From the NCBI GenBank assembly GCA_038065455.1, contig JBBTQX010000001.1:1-13555 (forward strand): a stretch of DNA of 13,555 nt, read 5' to 3'. The position numbers were made by a program, and so were the translations under genes. Under the pieces are notes generated by a model that was given only the letters and a program-made list of their open reading frames with translations, was not told the origin of the DNA and made no database searches. The DNA comes from Patescibacteria group bacterium. Its GTDB lineage: Bacteria > Patescibacteriota > Minisyncoccia > UBA6257 > GWB1-50-10. Shown piece after piece: positions 1-6,429 of the stretch. How positions within the stretch are numbered: the first letter of the stretch is position 1; each line of letters begins with the position of its first letter.

Positions 1-117
1 GTTTTTACCCCCAAAATTGAATACGAATTAGTCGCCGAGCGAAGCGAGGCGAACCAAAACTCTTTGACTTTTCCTTTCTGGTGCGCCGGGAAGGACTCGA
101 ACCTTCGGTGCCCGTAG
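1..117 (+). CDS. 3' end of an ORF entering from outside the window and reading antisense into the tRNA (possibly an integrase/serine recombinase C-terminus)
   Basis: Frame 1 is open from base 1: VFTPKIEYELVAERSEANQNSLTFPFWCAGKDSNLRCP*, TAG at 115-117. The last 13 codons overlap the tRNA 3' half. Product identity is inferred from this geometry only. Confidence 0.35.
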   Translation, partial: VFTPKIEYELVAERSEANQNSLTFPFWCAGKDSNLRCP

Positions 118-164
118 GGCCGGGGATTTACAGTCCCCTGGAATAGCCGCTATCCGACCGGCGC
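79..164 (-). tRNA. tRNA-Tyr(GTA)
   Basis: Reverse complement folds as a cloverleaf: acceptor GCGCCGG/CCGGCGC, anticodon arm GGGGA-CTGTAAA-TCCCC, long variable arm, T arm GAAGG-TTCGAGT-CCTTC, discriminator A and encoded CCA. Confidence 0.97.
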
Positions 165-178
165 AAATTACCAAAAGT

Positions 179-207
179 ATTCTAATGGATTAACGGTTAC
201 GGAGCAA
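179..207 (-). promoter_or_regulatory. sigma70-type promoter for tRNA-Tyr
   Basis: TTGCTC (202-207) - 17 nt - TAGAAT (179-184), 14 nt upstream of the mature tRNA. Confidence 0.6.
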
Positions 208-208
208 A

Positions 209-523
209 TTAATTCTCCGGCGTCTTATTTTCCTCTTCCGCCGGAGGCAATTTTGTCTCCTTGGGAATCTCCTTTTTAAACCGGTTCAATTTATGGCCGA
301 TAACATTGTCTAATTTAAGAATCCACACCCGAAACTGCCTCAATATCCTTTCGGAGAAAGTCTTGAGGATAATATCCAGCTTCTCGACATAATGCATCGC
401 GCGGCTACGGCTTCCCGGGCCGTTTTCCGGCTCGTCGCTTATGCGCGGGAGCGCCTCCGCCATAAGATAAAGGATCACGGCCAGCGAAAGCATTATAAGG
501 GTTTGGATTATGAAATAGGTCAT
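209..523 (-). CDS. small hypothetical protein with N-terminal transmembrane anchor (104 aa)
   Basis: Start taken at ATG 523 (MTYFIIQTLIMLSLAVILYLMA, hydrophobic), 7 nt downstream of the tsf stop. The longer 577 start overlaps tsf. Confidence 0.75.
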   Translation of the reverse strand: MTYFIIQTLIMLSLAVILYLMAEALPRISDEPENGPGSRSRAMHYVEKLDIILKTFSERILRQFRVWILKLDNVIGHKLNRFKKEIPKETKLPPAEEENKTPEN

Positions 524-530
524 TAAAATT

Positions 531-971
531 CTACAGCTCGTATCGGCAGAATTTTTCCACTTTGATATTCTCCCCAACCTTGGCCGTCACGCCCTTCACC
601 ATATCCCCAATAGTCTTCGATTCATCCCTGATAAAAGGCTGTTTCAAAAGCTCTTCCACGCCGACCGGGTTCATTGCCGCTATTTGCATCACAATATTAT
701 GAGCCAATTCTTTGAAAGGCTCCGAACGCACCACAAAATCCGTCTCGGCCCGCACTTCCAAAATCACCCCCACCCGTTCGTTGTGTATATAAGCATGGAG
801 CAGTCCCGCGCCGGTCTTCCTCTCTTTCTTGCTTTCGGCCTTCAAAAGGCCGGCTTCGTGGATGAACTCCACAGCCTTTTCCAGATTACCGCCGGCTTTT
901 TCGAGTGCCCGCTTGCATTCCATCACGCCCGCTCCCGTTGTTTCTCTGAGTTTTACAACTAAATTGTTCAT
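531..971 (-). CDS. tsf: translation elongation factor Ts (short form, 146 aa)
   Basis: VKLRETTGAGVMECKRAL N-terminal domain and the ETDFV motif; directly downstream of rpsB. Confidence 0.97.
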   Translation of the reverse strand: MNNLVVKLRETTGAGVMECKRALEKAGGNLEKAVEFIHEAGLLKAESKKERKTGAGLLHAYIHNERVGVILEVRAETDFVVRSEPFKELAHNIVMQIAAMNPVGVEELLKQPFIRDESKTIGDMVKGVTAKVGENIKVEKFCRYEL

Positions 972-979
972 AACATCAA

Positions 980-1074
980 ATAATTTTATAATTTTTGAAT
1001 TTTTAAATAATGAACTAATTTCTTAAACATTAAAAAATTAAGATTTATTTATAAAATTACAAAATTTAAAAATT
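980..1074. repeat. AT-rich octamer-periodic imperfect inverted repeat between rpsB and tsf
   Basis: Left ATAATTTT ATAATTTT TGAATTTT (980-1003); right ATAAAATT ACAAAATT TAAAAATT (1051-1074). Confidence 0.6.
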
Positions 1075-1076
1075 TG

Positions 1077-1763
1077 TTATTGTCTTATCGCTTCTCTTAT
1101 TTTACCAAATATCCATTCAATGCTCGATTTCGTGTGATCGTTGGCGAAAATCGGATAATCCATTCCGGCCGGATCGTCGTTCGTATCCATTACCACCACG
1201 ATGGGAATTCCTAATTTTTTAGCTTCGGCTATAGCCGTATTGTTCTCCGCCGGGTCCACCACCAAGACCGCGTCCGGCAACCTGTTCAAAAGCGCGAGTC
1301 CGTCGAACGAGCGCGACATCTTGGCCGCTTCTTTCACAAAATCCAGCTGTTCTTTTTTCGTGTATTTCGTCAATTCTCCCCTTTCTATTTTGCCCTTCAA
1401 ATCTTGGTAGTAGGCGGAGCGCTGGCCGATAACTTTGAAATTCGTGAGTGTGCCGCCGAGCCAACGGAAAATCACATAAGGCATTTTGAATTCGTCGGCG
1501 AGGGCCTTGATGGATTCTTTTGATGCCGCTTTTGTGCCGACGAAAAGCACCAAGCCGCCCGGCGCCAATTTTTCCCTGAGGAACTGGCCCGCTTTATCGA
1601 GCGTACTCAAAACCACCTCTGGATCCAGAAGTTCTATCTCGTTCCGCTGTCCGCCGATAAAAGGCTTCATCCGCGGATGAGTCTTGGTTTTCTTGTGGCC
1701 GTAAAAAATGCCGGCCTTCGCCATTTCCGTTATCAAATCGTTGTTTATCGTTTCAGCTACCAT
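1077..1763 (-). CDS. rpsB: 30S ribosomal protein S2
   Basis: AGIFYGH, HPRMKPFI, LFVGTK, RWLGGTLTNF, DTNDDP and IFANDH motifs. Confidence 0.98.
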   Translation of the reverse strand: MVAETINNDLITEMAKAGIFYGHKKTKTHPRMKPFIGGQRNEIELLDPEVVLSTLDKAGQFLREKLAPGGLVLFVGTKAASKESIKALADEFKMPYVIFRWLGGTLTNFKVIGQRSAYYQDLKGKIERGELTKYTKKEQLDFVKEAAKMSRSFDGLALLNRLPDAVLVVDPAENNTAIAEAKKLGIPIVVVMDTNDDPAGMDYPIFANDHTKSSIEWIFGKIREAIRQ

Positions 1764-1772
1764 AGAGTTAAT

Positions 1773-1800
1773 AGGTTAACAAAAATGAGAAGAATGTCAA
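1773..1800 (-). promoter_or_regulatory. promoter for rpsB-tsf
   Basis: TTGACA (1795-1800) - 16 nt ending TGT - TAACCT (1773-1778); 9 nt to the ATG. Confidence 0.55.
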
Positions 1801-1810
1801 ACCTTGTCTG

Positions 1811-1980
1811 AAATTCCAAATCCGAATATCGAAATACGAAACAAATACCAAATCCCAATATCCAATGTTCAAAACACGGGTTTCTGTATTTAAAATTTGG
1901 TGCTTTGAATTTGTCCCGACTTTGTCGAGAATACTCGATGAAATCGGTATTTAGGATTTCGGATTTCGTGCTTAGAATTT
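1811..1980. repeat. heptamer-periodic inverted-repeat element with a nested 36-bp hairpin
   Basis: Left arm AAATTCCAAATCCGAATATCGAAATACGAAACAAAT... (1811-1875) matches the reverse complement of the right arm AAATTCTAAGCACGAAATCCGAAATCCTAA[insert]ACAAAT... (1880-1980) once 1915-1950 is removed. Confidence 0.8.
1900..1955. repeat. 56-bp direct repeat, copy 1 (intergenic)
   Basis: Identical to 2375-2430 except A1930 vs G2405. Confidence 0.95.
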
Positions 1981-2658
1981 ACCATCCTTTCTCCATCTAT
2001 CAATCTTCTTATGATCTCCGGATAACAGTATTTTAGGTACAAACCATTTTTTAAAAACGGGAGGGCGGGTATATGTCGGGAAAGAGCCATTCTTTTCTTC
2101 CAAAGATTCCGTTTTTCCCAGCACGCCCGGCAAGTGCCGGCTCACGGCCTCCGTAACGATGAGCGCCGGCAGTTCGCCGCCCGAAAGCACAAAATCCCCG
2201 ATTGAAATTTCCTCGTCCGCAATATATTTGGCCACCCGTTCGTCTACCCCTTCATACCGTCCGCAGATGAATATAAGGTCGGTATATCTGCTCAAGCGCT
2301 TCGCTTCTTTCTGGGTAAATTTTTTTCCTCGTGTCGAAAAGAGAATGATGCGTGTTTTTGTTTTTTTGGATTTTGTGCTTTGAATTTGTCCCGACTTTGT
2401 CGAGGATACTCGATGAAATCGGTATTTAGGGTTTAAAATCGAGATAATCGCTTTTGCGATTGGCTCGATTTTCAATACCATCCCCGGCCCGCCGCCGAAC
2501 GGCCTATCATCCACTTTTTTATGTTTACCCAATCCAAAGGGCCGTAAGTCCACCAAATCGAATTTGATAATCTTATTTTTCTCCGCCCGCCCCAAGATGG
2601 ACGAATGGAGATATTTTTCAATCGTCTCCGGAAAAAGCGTGATGATATGGAAGGTCAT
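1972..2658 (-). CDS. trmD: tRNA (guanine37-N1)-methyltransferase
   Basis: IITLFPE, VDDRPFGGGPGMVLK, ICGRYEGVDERV, SIGDFVLSGGELPA, YTRP and LLSGDH motifs. Confidence 0.98.
   Translation of the reverse strand: MTFHIITLFPETIEKYLHSSILGRAEKNKIIKFDLVDLRPFGLGKHKKVDDRPFGGGPGMVLKIEPIAKAIISILNPKYRFHRVSSTKSGQIQSTKSKKTKTRIILFSTRGKKFTQKEAKRLSRYTDLIFICGRYEGVDERVAKYIADEEISIGDFVLSGGELPALIVTEAVSRHLPGVLGKTESLEEKNGSFPTYTRPPVFKKWFVPKILLSGDHKKIDRWRKDGKF
2375..2430. repeat. 56-bp direct repeat, copy 2 (in-frame within trmD)
   Basis: Encodes PKYRFHRVSSTKSGQIQST in TrmD; 55/56 identical to 1900-1955. Confidence 0.95.
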
Positions 2659-2666
2659 GTTTTTAG

Positions 2667-2675
2667 ATTATATCA
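2667..2675 (-). promoter_or_regulatory. extended -10 promoter for trmD
   Basis: TGATATAAT followed by 8 nt and then the ATG. Confidence 0.6.
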
Positions 2676-2677
2676 CC

Positions 2678-2710
2678 AAACAAAACCCCGCCAGTCCATC
2701 TGGCGGGGTT
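2678..2710 (-). terminator. intrinsic terminator after khpA
   Basis: AACCCCGCCAG-ATGGA-CTGGCGGGGTT (11-bp perfect stem) followed by TTGTTT. Confidence 0.85.
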
Positions 2711-2721
2711 ATTCTAATTTC

Positions 2722-3018
2722 TTAGAAACTGCTAGGCTGTTGCGCTTCTCTCGGCCGATGAGTGGAACCTTCCGGCTCCTCTATCTTCAGGTTGACGCGC
2801 GCGTTGCCCTTGATGCCCACAATCCTCAATAAGCTCCGGATTGCCTTCGCGGTCGCGCCCTGCCGGCCGACCACTTGGCCCATATCTTGAGCATGAACTT
2901 TAAGCGATAAAAGCACGCCCATCTCATCAACCCGCCGATCAATCATAACATCATCCGGATGGTCAACAATTGACTTCACCACGAATTCCAAAAATTCCTT
3001 ATCGGAGTTCTCTTTCAT
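2722..3018 (-). CDS. khpA: KH-domain RNA-binding protein (KhpA/YlqC family)
   Basis: FLEFVVKSIVDHPDDV and DMGQVVGRQGATAKAIR (GxxG loop); canonical position between rpsP and trmD. Confidence 0.93.
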   Translation of the reverse strand: MKENSDKEFLEFVVKSIVDHPDDVMIDRRVDEMGVLLSLKVHAQDMGQVVGRQGATAKAIRSLLRIVGIKGNARVNLKIEEPEGSTHRPREAQQPSSF

Positions 3019-3062
3019 GATATTTCGTAATCTTTTCTGAAAATCTTTGAATTGCGACCTTT

Positions 3063-3137
3063 ACCGGGTAGTAGAAATTCGATTTGTCTTACGCTTGTTG
3101 TTTGCTCCACAAACCAATCGAATTTTCACTACCCGGT
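3063..3137 (-). promoter_or_regulatory. candidate structured 5' leader of khpA (22-bp stem-loop)
   Basis: Arms ACCGGGTAGT-AG-AAATTCGATT (3063-3084) and reverse complement of 3116-3137 ACCGGGTAGT-GA-AAATTCGATT; lies between the promoter and the start codon. Confidence 0.6.
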
Positions 3138-3165
3138 TGATTTCACTTTAAAATTTAATGTTCGT

Positions 3166-3194
3166 ATCTTAGCACAATTCGTCTGGTTTGTCAA
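3166..3194 (-). promoter_or_regulatory. dedicated promoter for khpA
   Basis: TTGACA (3189-3194) - 17 nt ending TGC - TAAGAT (3166-3171). Confidence 0.75.
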
Positions 3195-3200
3195 ATATTG

Positions 3201-3521
3201 TTAGGCAGCGGGGGCGGCCGCAGCAGGTGCGGCTTTCGCTTCCTCCGCTTTCTTCTTGGATTGCTTATGCACCGCAATCTTCTTGCCCGAAACCACCCCC
3301 GCTTTTACAAGAAGATTATGGACGGTCGGGGTCGCCTGAGCGCCCACCTTGAGCCAATATTCGGCGCGCTTTTTATCCAGATCGAATTTATCCGTCGCAG
3401 GATTCACCCAACCCAAGTCATCGGTAAAACGGCCATTCAGTTTAGTCCGCTTCTCGGTAACCACTATGCGGAAAGATCCCTGATGCTTCTTCCCTATTCT
3501 TTTTAATTTGATGGCTAACAT
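3201..3521 (-). CDS. rpsP: 30S ribosomal protein S16
   Basis: MLAIKLKRIGKKHQGSFRIVV and YWLKVGAQATPTVHNLL; Ala/Pro-rich C-terminal tail. Confidence 0.97.
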   Translation of the reverse strand: MLAIKLKRIGKKHQGSFRIVVTEKRTKLNGRFTDDLGWVNPATDKFDLDKKRAEYWLKVGAQATPTVHNLLVKAGVVSGKKIAVHKQSKKKAEEAKAAPAAAAPAA

Positions 3522-3533
3522 ATCGTAGTTCTT

Positions 3534-3562
3534 AGATTAGTGTTTTGAGCTTTTAGTGTCAA
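3534..3562 (-). promoter_or_regulatory. promoter for rpsP
   Basis: TTGACA (3557-3562) - 17 nt - TAATCT (3534-3539); 12 nt to the ATG. Confidence 0.7.
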
Positions 3563-3728
3563 GTTTTGAGCCACTATTCAAAGATTATACCCTAATCATT
3601 GGGGTCATAATTTTTAATCAATTCTCTAATGTCTAAATTTCTAAAACTCACAAATATAAAAACATCTACTATAATTTCCTTTCGACTGGGATAATTTCAA
3701 ACATATTACAGTACTTTTCAAAAGTTAA

Positions 3729-3935
3729 CTAAAACGCGATGGGGGCGTATCCAAGTTTCGGAAGCACCCTAAAAACAACCTTCCTTTCTTCACTGGAAGT
3801 CTTTTTAAGAACTTCTGACAGAGTCTTTCCGCTCGCAATAACCTTCTTGTAGTCTTGGGATAAAACAACCCATTTATCTACATAATTCTTGGTAATAGCG
3901 GAGGTGTCCGGTATTTTTATGGTATTTTTCTCCAT
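3729..3935 (-). CDS. small DUF5678-like protein (68 aa)
   Basis: YVDKWVVLSQDYKKVIASGKTLSEV matches the Y-x-x-KWV...V-x-ASG pattern I associate with DUF5678. Extended -10 TGATATAAT at 3955-3963. Confidence 0.7.
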   Translation of the reverse strand: MEKNTIKIPDTSAITKNYVDKWVVLSQDYKKVIASGKTLSEVLKKTSSEERKVVFRVLPKLGYAPIAF

Positions 3936-3991
3936 ATTCTTATTGCTTACCTAAATTATATCATGTTGAAAATTAACTAAATTAAGAACTA

Positions 3992-4073
3992 GTGAGGCCC
4001 GGTACGGCGAAAAAGTGGGTAAGACTTGGCCTAGCGGCCCGGAGCGCACACTTTTTCGCGTGCCGGGGCTCAC
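3992..4073. repeat. long-hairpin intergenic element, compact copy
   Basis: About 26-bp imperfect inverted arms GTGAGGCCCGGTACGGCGAAAAAGTG / CACTTTTTCGCGTGCCGGGGCTCAC; shares three motifs with 11183-11365. Confidence 0.85.
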
Positions 4074-4079
4074 GAATAT

Positions 4080-6302
4080 CTACCCCTCCAACTTCAACGA
4101 AAGCACCTTGGACACCCCGTCCTCCCCCATCGTAACCCCATAAAGCACGTCGGCCGCCTCCATCGTGGCCCGGTTGTGTGTGACTATGACAAATTGCGTC
4201 TTCTCGCGGAATTGTTTGATGAGCTCGGCAAAGCGCCGGGCATTCTCTTCATCCAAGGCCGCATCGATTTCGTCCAATATCAAAAAGGGCGGCGGCGAGA
4301 CGGCAATAAGCGCGAAGAGCGCCGCAAGAGACACCAGGGTCTTTTCCCCGCCCGAGAGCATATCCAAATTCGTAATGCGCTTCCTCGGCAAGCTCACATC
4401 CACCTCCACGCCCACATCCAAATCATCGGGCTTTTCTTTCCCTCCGTGTTCCGCATTCAGGACTTCGGCTCCTTCAGGCGTCGGAATTTCTGATTCCTCG
4501 GTTAGAACCGGCGCTTTCTTCGCTTCCAGAAACAGCTTGGCTTTTCCGCCGCCGAACATCAGGCGGAAATAATTGTTGAATTCTTCGCTGATAGCATGGA
4601 ATGCTTTTTTGAAATCTTCGTGGATGCGTTTATCCAAATCCCGAATCATCTCTTTCAAATCCGAAGAGGCTTTTTCCAGATCCGTTAATTGTTTAGTGAG
4701 GAAATCGAATCTCTGTTCGCTTTCTTCGGCTTCTTTCATCAAATTCGGGTCTATTTCGCCGATGGCCGCCAGCTCGCCCCGCAGTTTCATCATCTTCTTT
4801 TCCGCCTCCGGCCAATCTGAATTGTTTATTATGGAAACGTTTTCCGGCCTGCCCGCATCGCTACGTGAAACGTTGCTGGCGGGTTCGGCCAGTCTTCGCA
4901 GATCATGCGCGTTCCGACCTAAAACCACCCATTCCCGCTCCAATTCTTCCAGCTTCAATTGGATTTTTTCCTTTTCCAGAAGATGGGATTGAATTCTCTG
5001 TTCCAACGCATGCGCCTTATTCTTTTCCTGGTTTAGATATTCCACCTTTTCGCGGAAAAGCCGGTTTGCCGCCTGTTGGGTATTGGCGATTTTTTCGTCC
5101 TCTTCCTGGAAATTTTTTATTATTGCCTCCAATTCCATTATCTCCCTTTCTATTCTCTTTTGATCTTTCAAAAAACCTTCATCTATTCCTTTTTTCGTTT
5201 CGTCAAAAACTTTTTTGATTTTGGAAAGCCAACCCTTGATGGATTTTTTTATTTCCTCCAAATCGCTCAATTCAAGCAAACGCTCGCCTTCTTTCGAAAA
5301 TTCGCCGAGAAGCGATTTTAATTCCATCGTCGAATGCTCTTCCGCCGGCGCGTTCTCTAAAAATTCCATCTTCGCTTCCAGGCGCGCCAATTCTTTTTCC
5401 AAAGAATTCCTCTGTGCCAAAAGCCCGTTTATTTTTTCGCGGAGCTGTTTCGATTTTTCGTAATCCCCCTGTTCGCCACCGATATCCTTTAATTCTTTTT
5501 CCTTTATTACAATGCGTTTTTCCGCCGCTTCCAATTCATTTTGAAGCTCTCGAATCGGTTTTTCCACTTCTTTCAGGTCTTTTTCCAAGCTATGGAAACG
5601 GATATAGAAATAAGCGTCTTCAAGGTTTTTTAATTCCTCTTCCACCTCCGAACGCCTCAAAAAGCGGCTTTTCTGGCGTTTCAGGATGCGCACGTGCGGA
5701 GCGAGCTCCTCGAGCATCGCCTTCACTTTTTCCATATTTATTCCGCTCGATTCCAGCCGACGCTCGGCTTGGTTTTTTTTCAGGCGGTATTCCCTTAATC
5801 CCAAAACCTCCTCGATCATTAAACGCCGGTCTTCAGGCGAGCTACGCACGAAGATATCACTCTGTCCCTGGCCCACTATCATGAGCCCCCGCGTTCCCAT
5901 CCGGGCCTTGGCGAGCATCGGCAAAAGATCTTTCAGTTTCACTTCGGCATCATTCAGGGAAAATTCCGAATTTCCGGAACGATCTATCCGCCGGGAAAGC
6001 GCCACTTCCATCGCATCCACCGGCAAATTTTTTTTATGATTATTGAAATACAAGCCGACGCGTGCCAAACCCATCGCCGGCTTTTTGGGCGTGCCTGCGA
6101 AAATGAGATTATCCAGAGTTTCGCCGCGCAATTGCTTCGCTTCGCGCTCGCCCAAAACCCAGCGTACCGCATCGATCACGTTGGATTTCCCCGATCCGTT
6201 CGGCCCCACGATAGCCGTCACCTGCGAGGGAAATTCCAAAACGGTCTTTCCGGCAAAAGATTTGAAACCTTGGAGTTCTAAACGGGTTAAGAAATTATCC
6301 AT
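4080..6302 (-). CDS. smc: SMC-family chromosome segregation ATPase, short (740 aa), no recognisable hinge
   Basis: LQGFKSF, Walker A GPNGSGKS, Q-loop GQGQ, signature LSGGEK, Walker B ILDE, D-loop DAALD, H-loop VTHN, coiled coil; downstream of rnc. Confidence 0.93.
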   Translation of the reverse strand: MDNFLTRLELQGFKSFAGKTVLEFPSQVTAIVGPNGSGKSNVIDAVRWVLGEREAKQLRGETLDNLIFAGTPKKPAMGLARVGLYFNNHKKNLPVDAMEVALSRRIDRSGNSEFSLNDAEVKLKDLLPMLAKARMGTRGLMIVGQGQSDIFVRSSPEDRRLMIEEVLGLREYRLKKNQAERRLESSGINMEKVKAMLEELAPHVRILKRQKSRFLRRSEVEEELKNLEDAYFYIRFHSLEKDLKEVEKPIRELQNELEAAEKRIVIKEKELKDIGGEQGDYEKSKQLREKINGLLAQRNSLEKELARLEAKMEFLENAPAEEHSTMELKSLLGEFSKEGERLLELSDLEEIKKSIKGWLSKIKKVFDETKKGIDEGFLKDQKRIEREIMELEAIIKNFQEEDEKIANTQQAANRLFREKVEYLNQEKNKAHALEQRIQSHLLEKEKIQLKLEELEREWVVLGRNAHDLRRLAEPASNVSRSDAGRPENVSIINNSDWPEAEKKMMKLRGELAAIGEIDPNLMKEAEESEQRFDFLTKQLTDLEKASSDLKEMIRDLDKRIHEDFKKAFHAISEEFNNYFRLMFGGGKAKLFLEAKKAPVLTEESEIPTPEGAEVLNAEHGGKEKPDDLDVGVEVDVSLPRKRITNLDMLSGGEKTLVSLAALFALIAVSPPPFLILDEIDAALDEENARRFAELIKQFREKTQFVIVTHNRATMEAADVLYGVTMGEDGVSKVLSLKLEG
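4848..4883. repeat. 36-bp imperfect palindrome in-frame in smc
   Basis: CCTGCC-C-GCATCG...CGTTGC-T-GGCGGG; spans exactly 12 codons (PASNVSRSDAGR). Confidence 0.65.
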
Positions 6303-6429
6303 CCCGTTTAGAAACAGGATGCGCCTAACAGGCGCATCCGTCGAAATTCAGATGACCTTCCTATGTTGAAATTTTTCTGTCTTATTTCCATTGAATTCTT
6401 AAAAACTACTTGCCGGTTTCTAACGGGAT
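6301..6429. mobile_element. MITE-like segment bounded by terminal inverted repeats
   Basis: ATCCCGTTTAGAAAC (6301-6315) and GTTTCTAACGGGAT (6416-6429) are reverse complements with a 1-nt indel. Internal perfect hairpin GGATGCGCCT-AAC-AGGCGCATCC (6317-6339). No transposase. Confidence 0.55.

Noticed and set aside
1890-2090. 66-aa minus-strand ORF sharing a peptide with TrmD
   Set aside because: It overlaps trmD out of frame, and the shared peptide is just translation of the 56-bp repeat.
1900-2430. Possible CRISPR array from palindromic 36-bp repeats
   Set aside because: Only two copies, 475 bp apart, separated by trmD coding sequence; no spacers and no cas genes.
3992-4073. SRP RNA, 6S RNA or simple terminator identity for the long hairpin
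   Set aside because: No SRP domain IV motif with GNRA loop, too short for 6S, no U-tract after the stem, and a related second copy exists.
4165-6369. Many plus-strand ORFs opposite smc, and similar shadow ORFs opposite other genes
   Set aside because: Antisense shadows of well-supported genes, with no motifs or expression signals.
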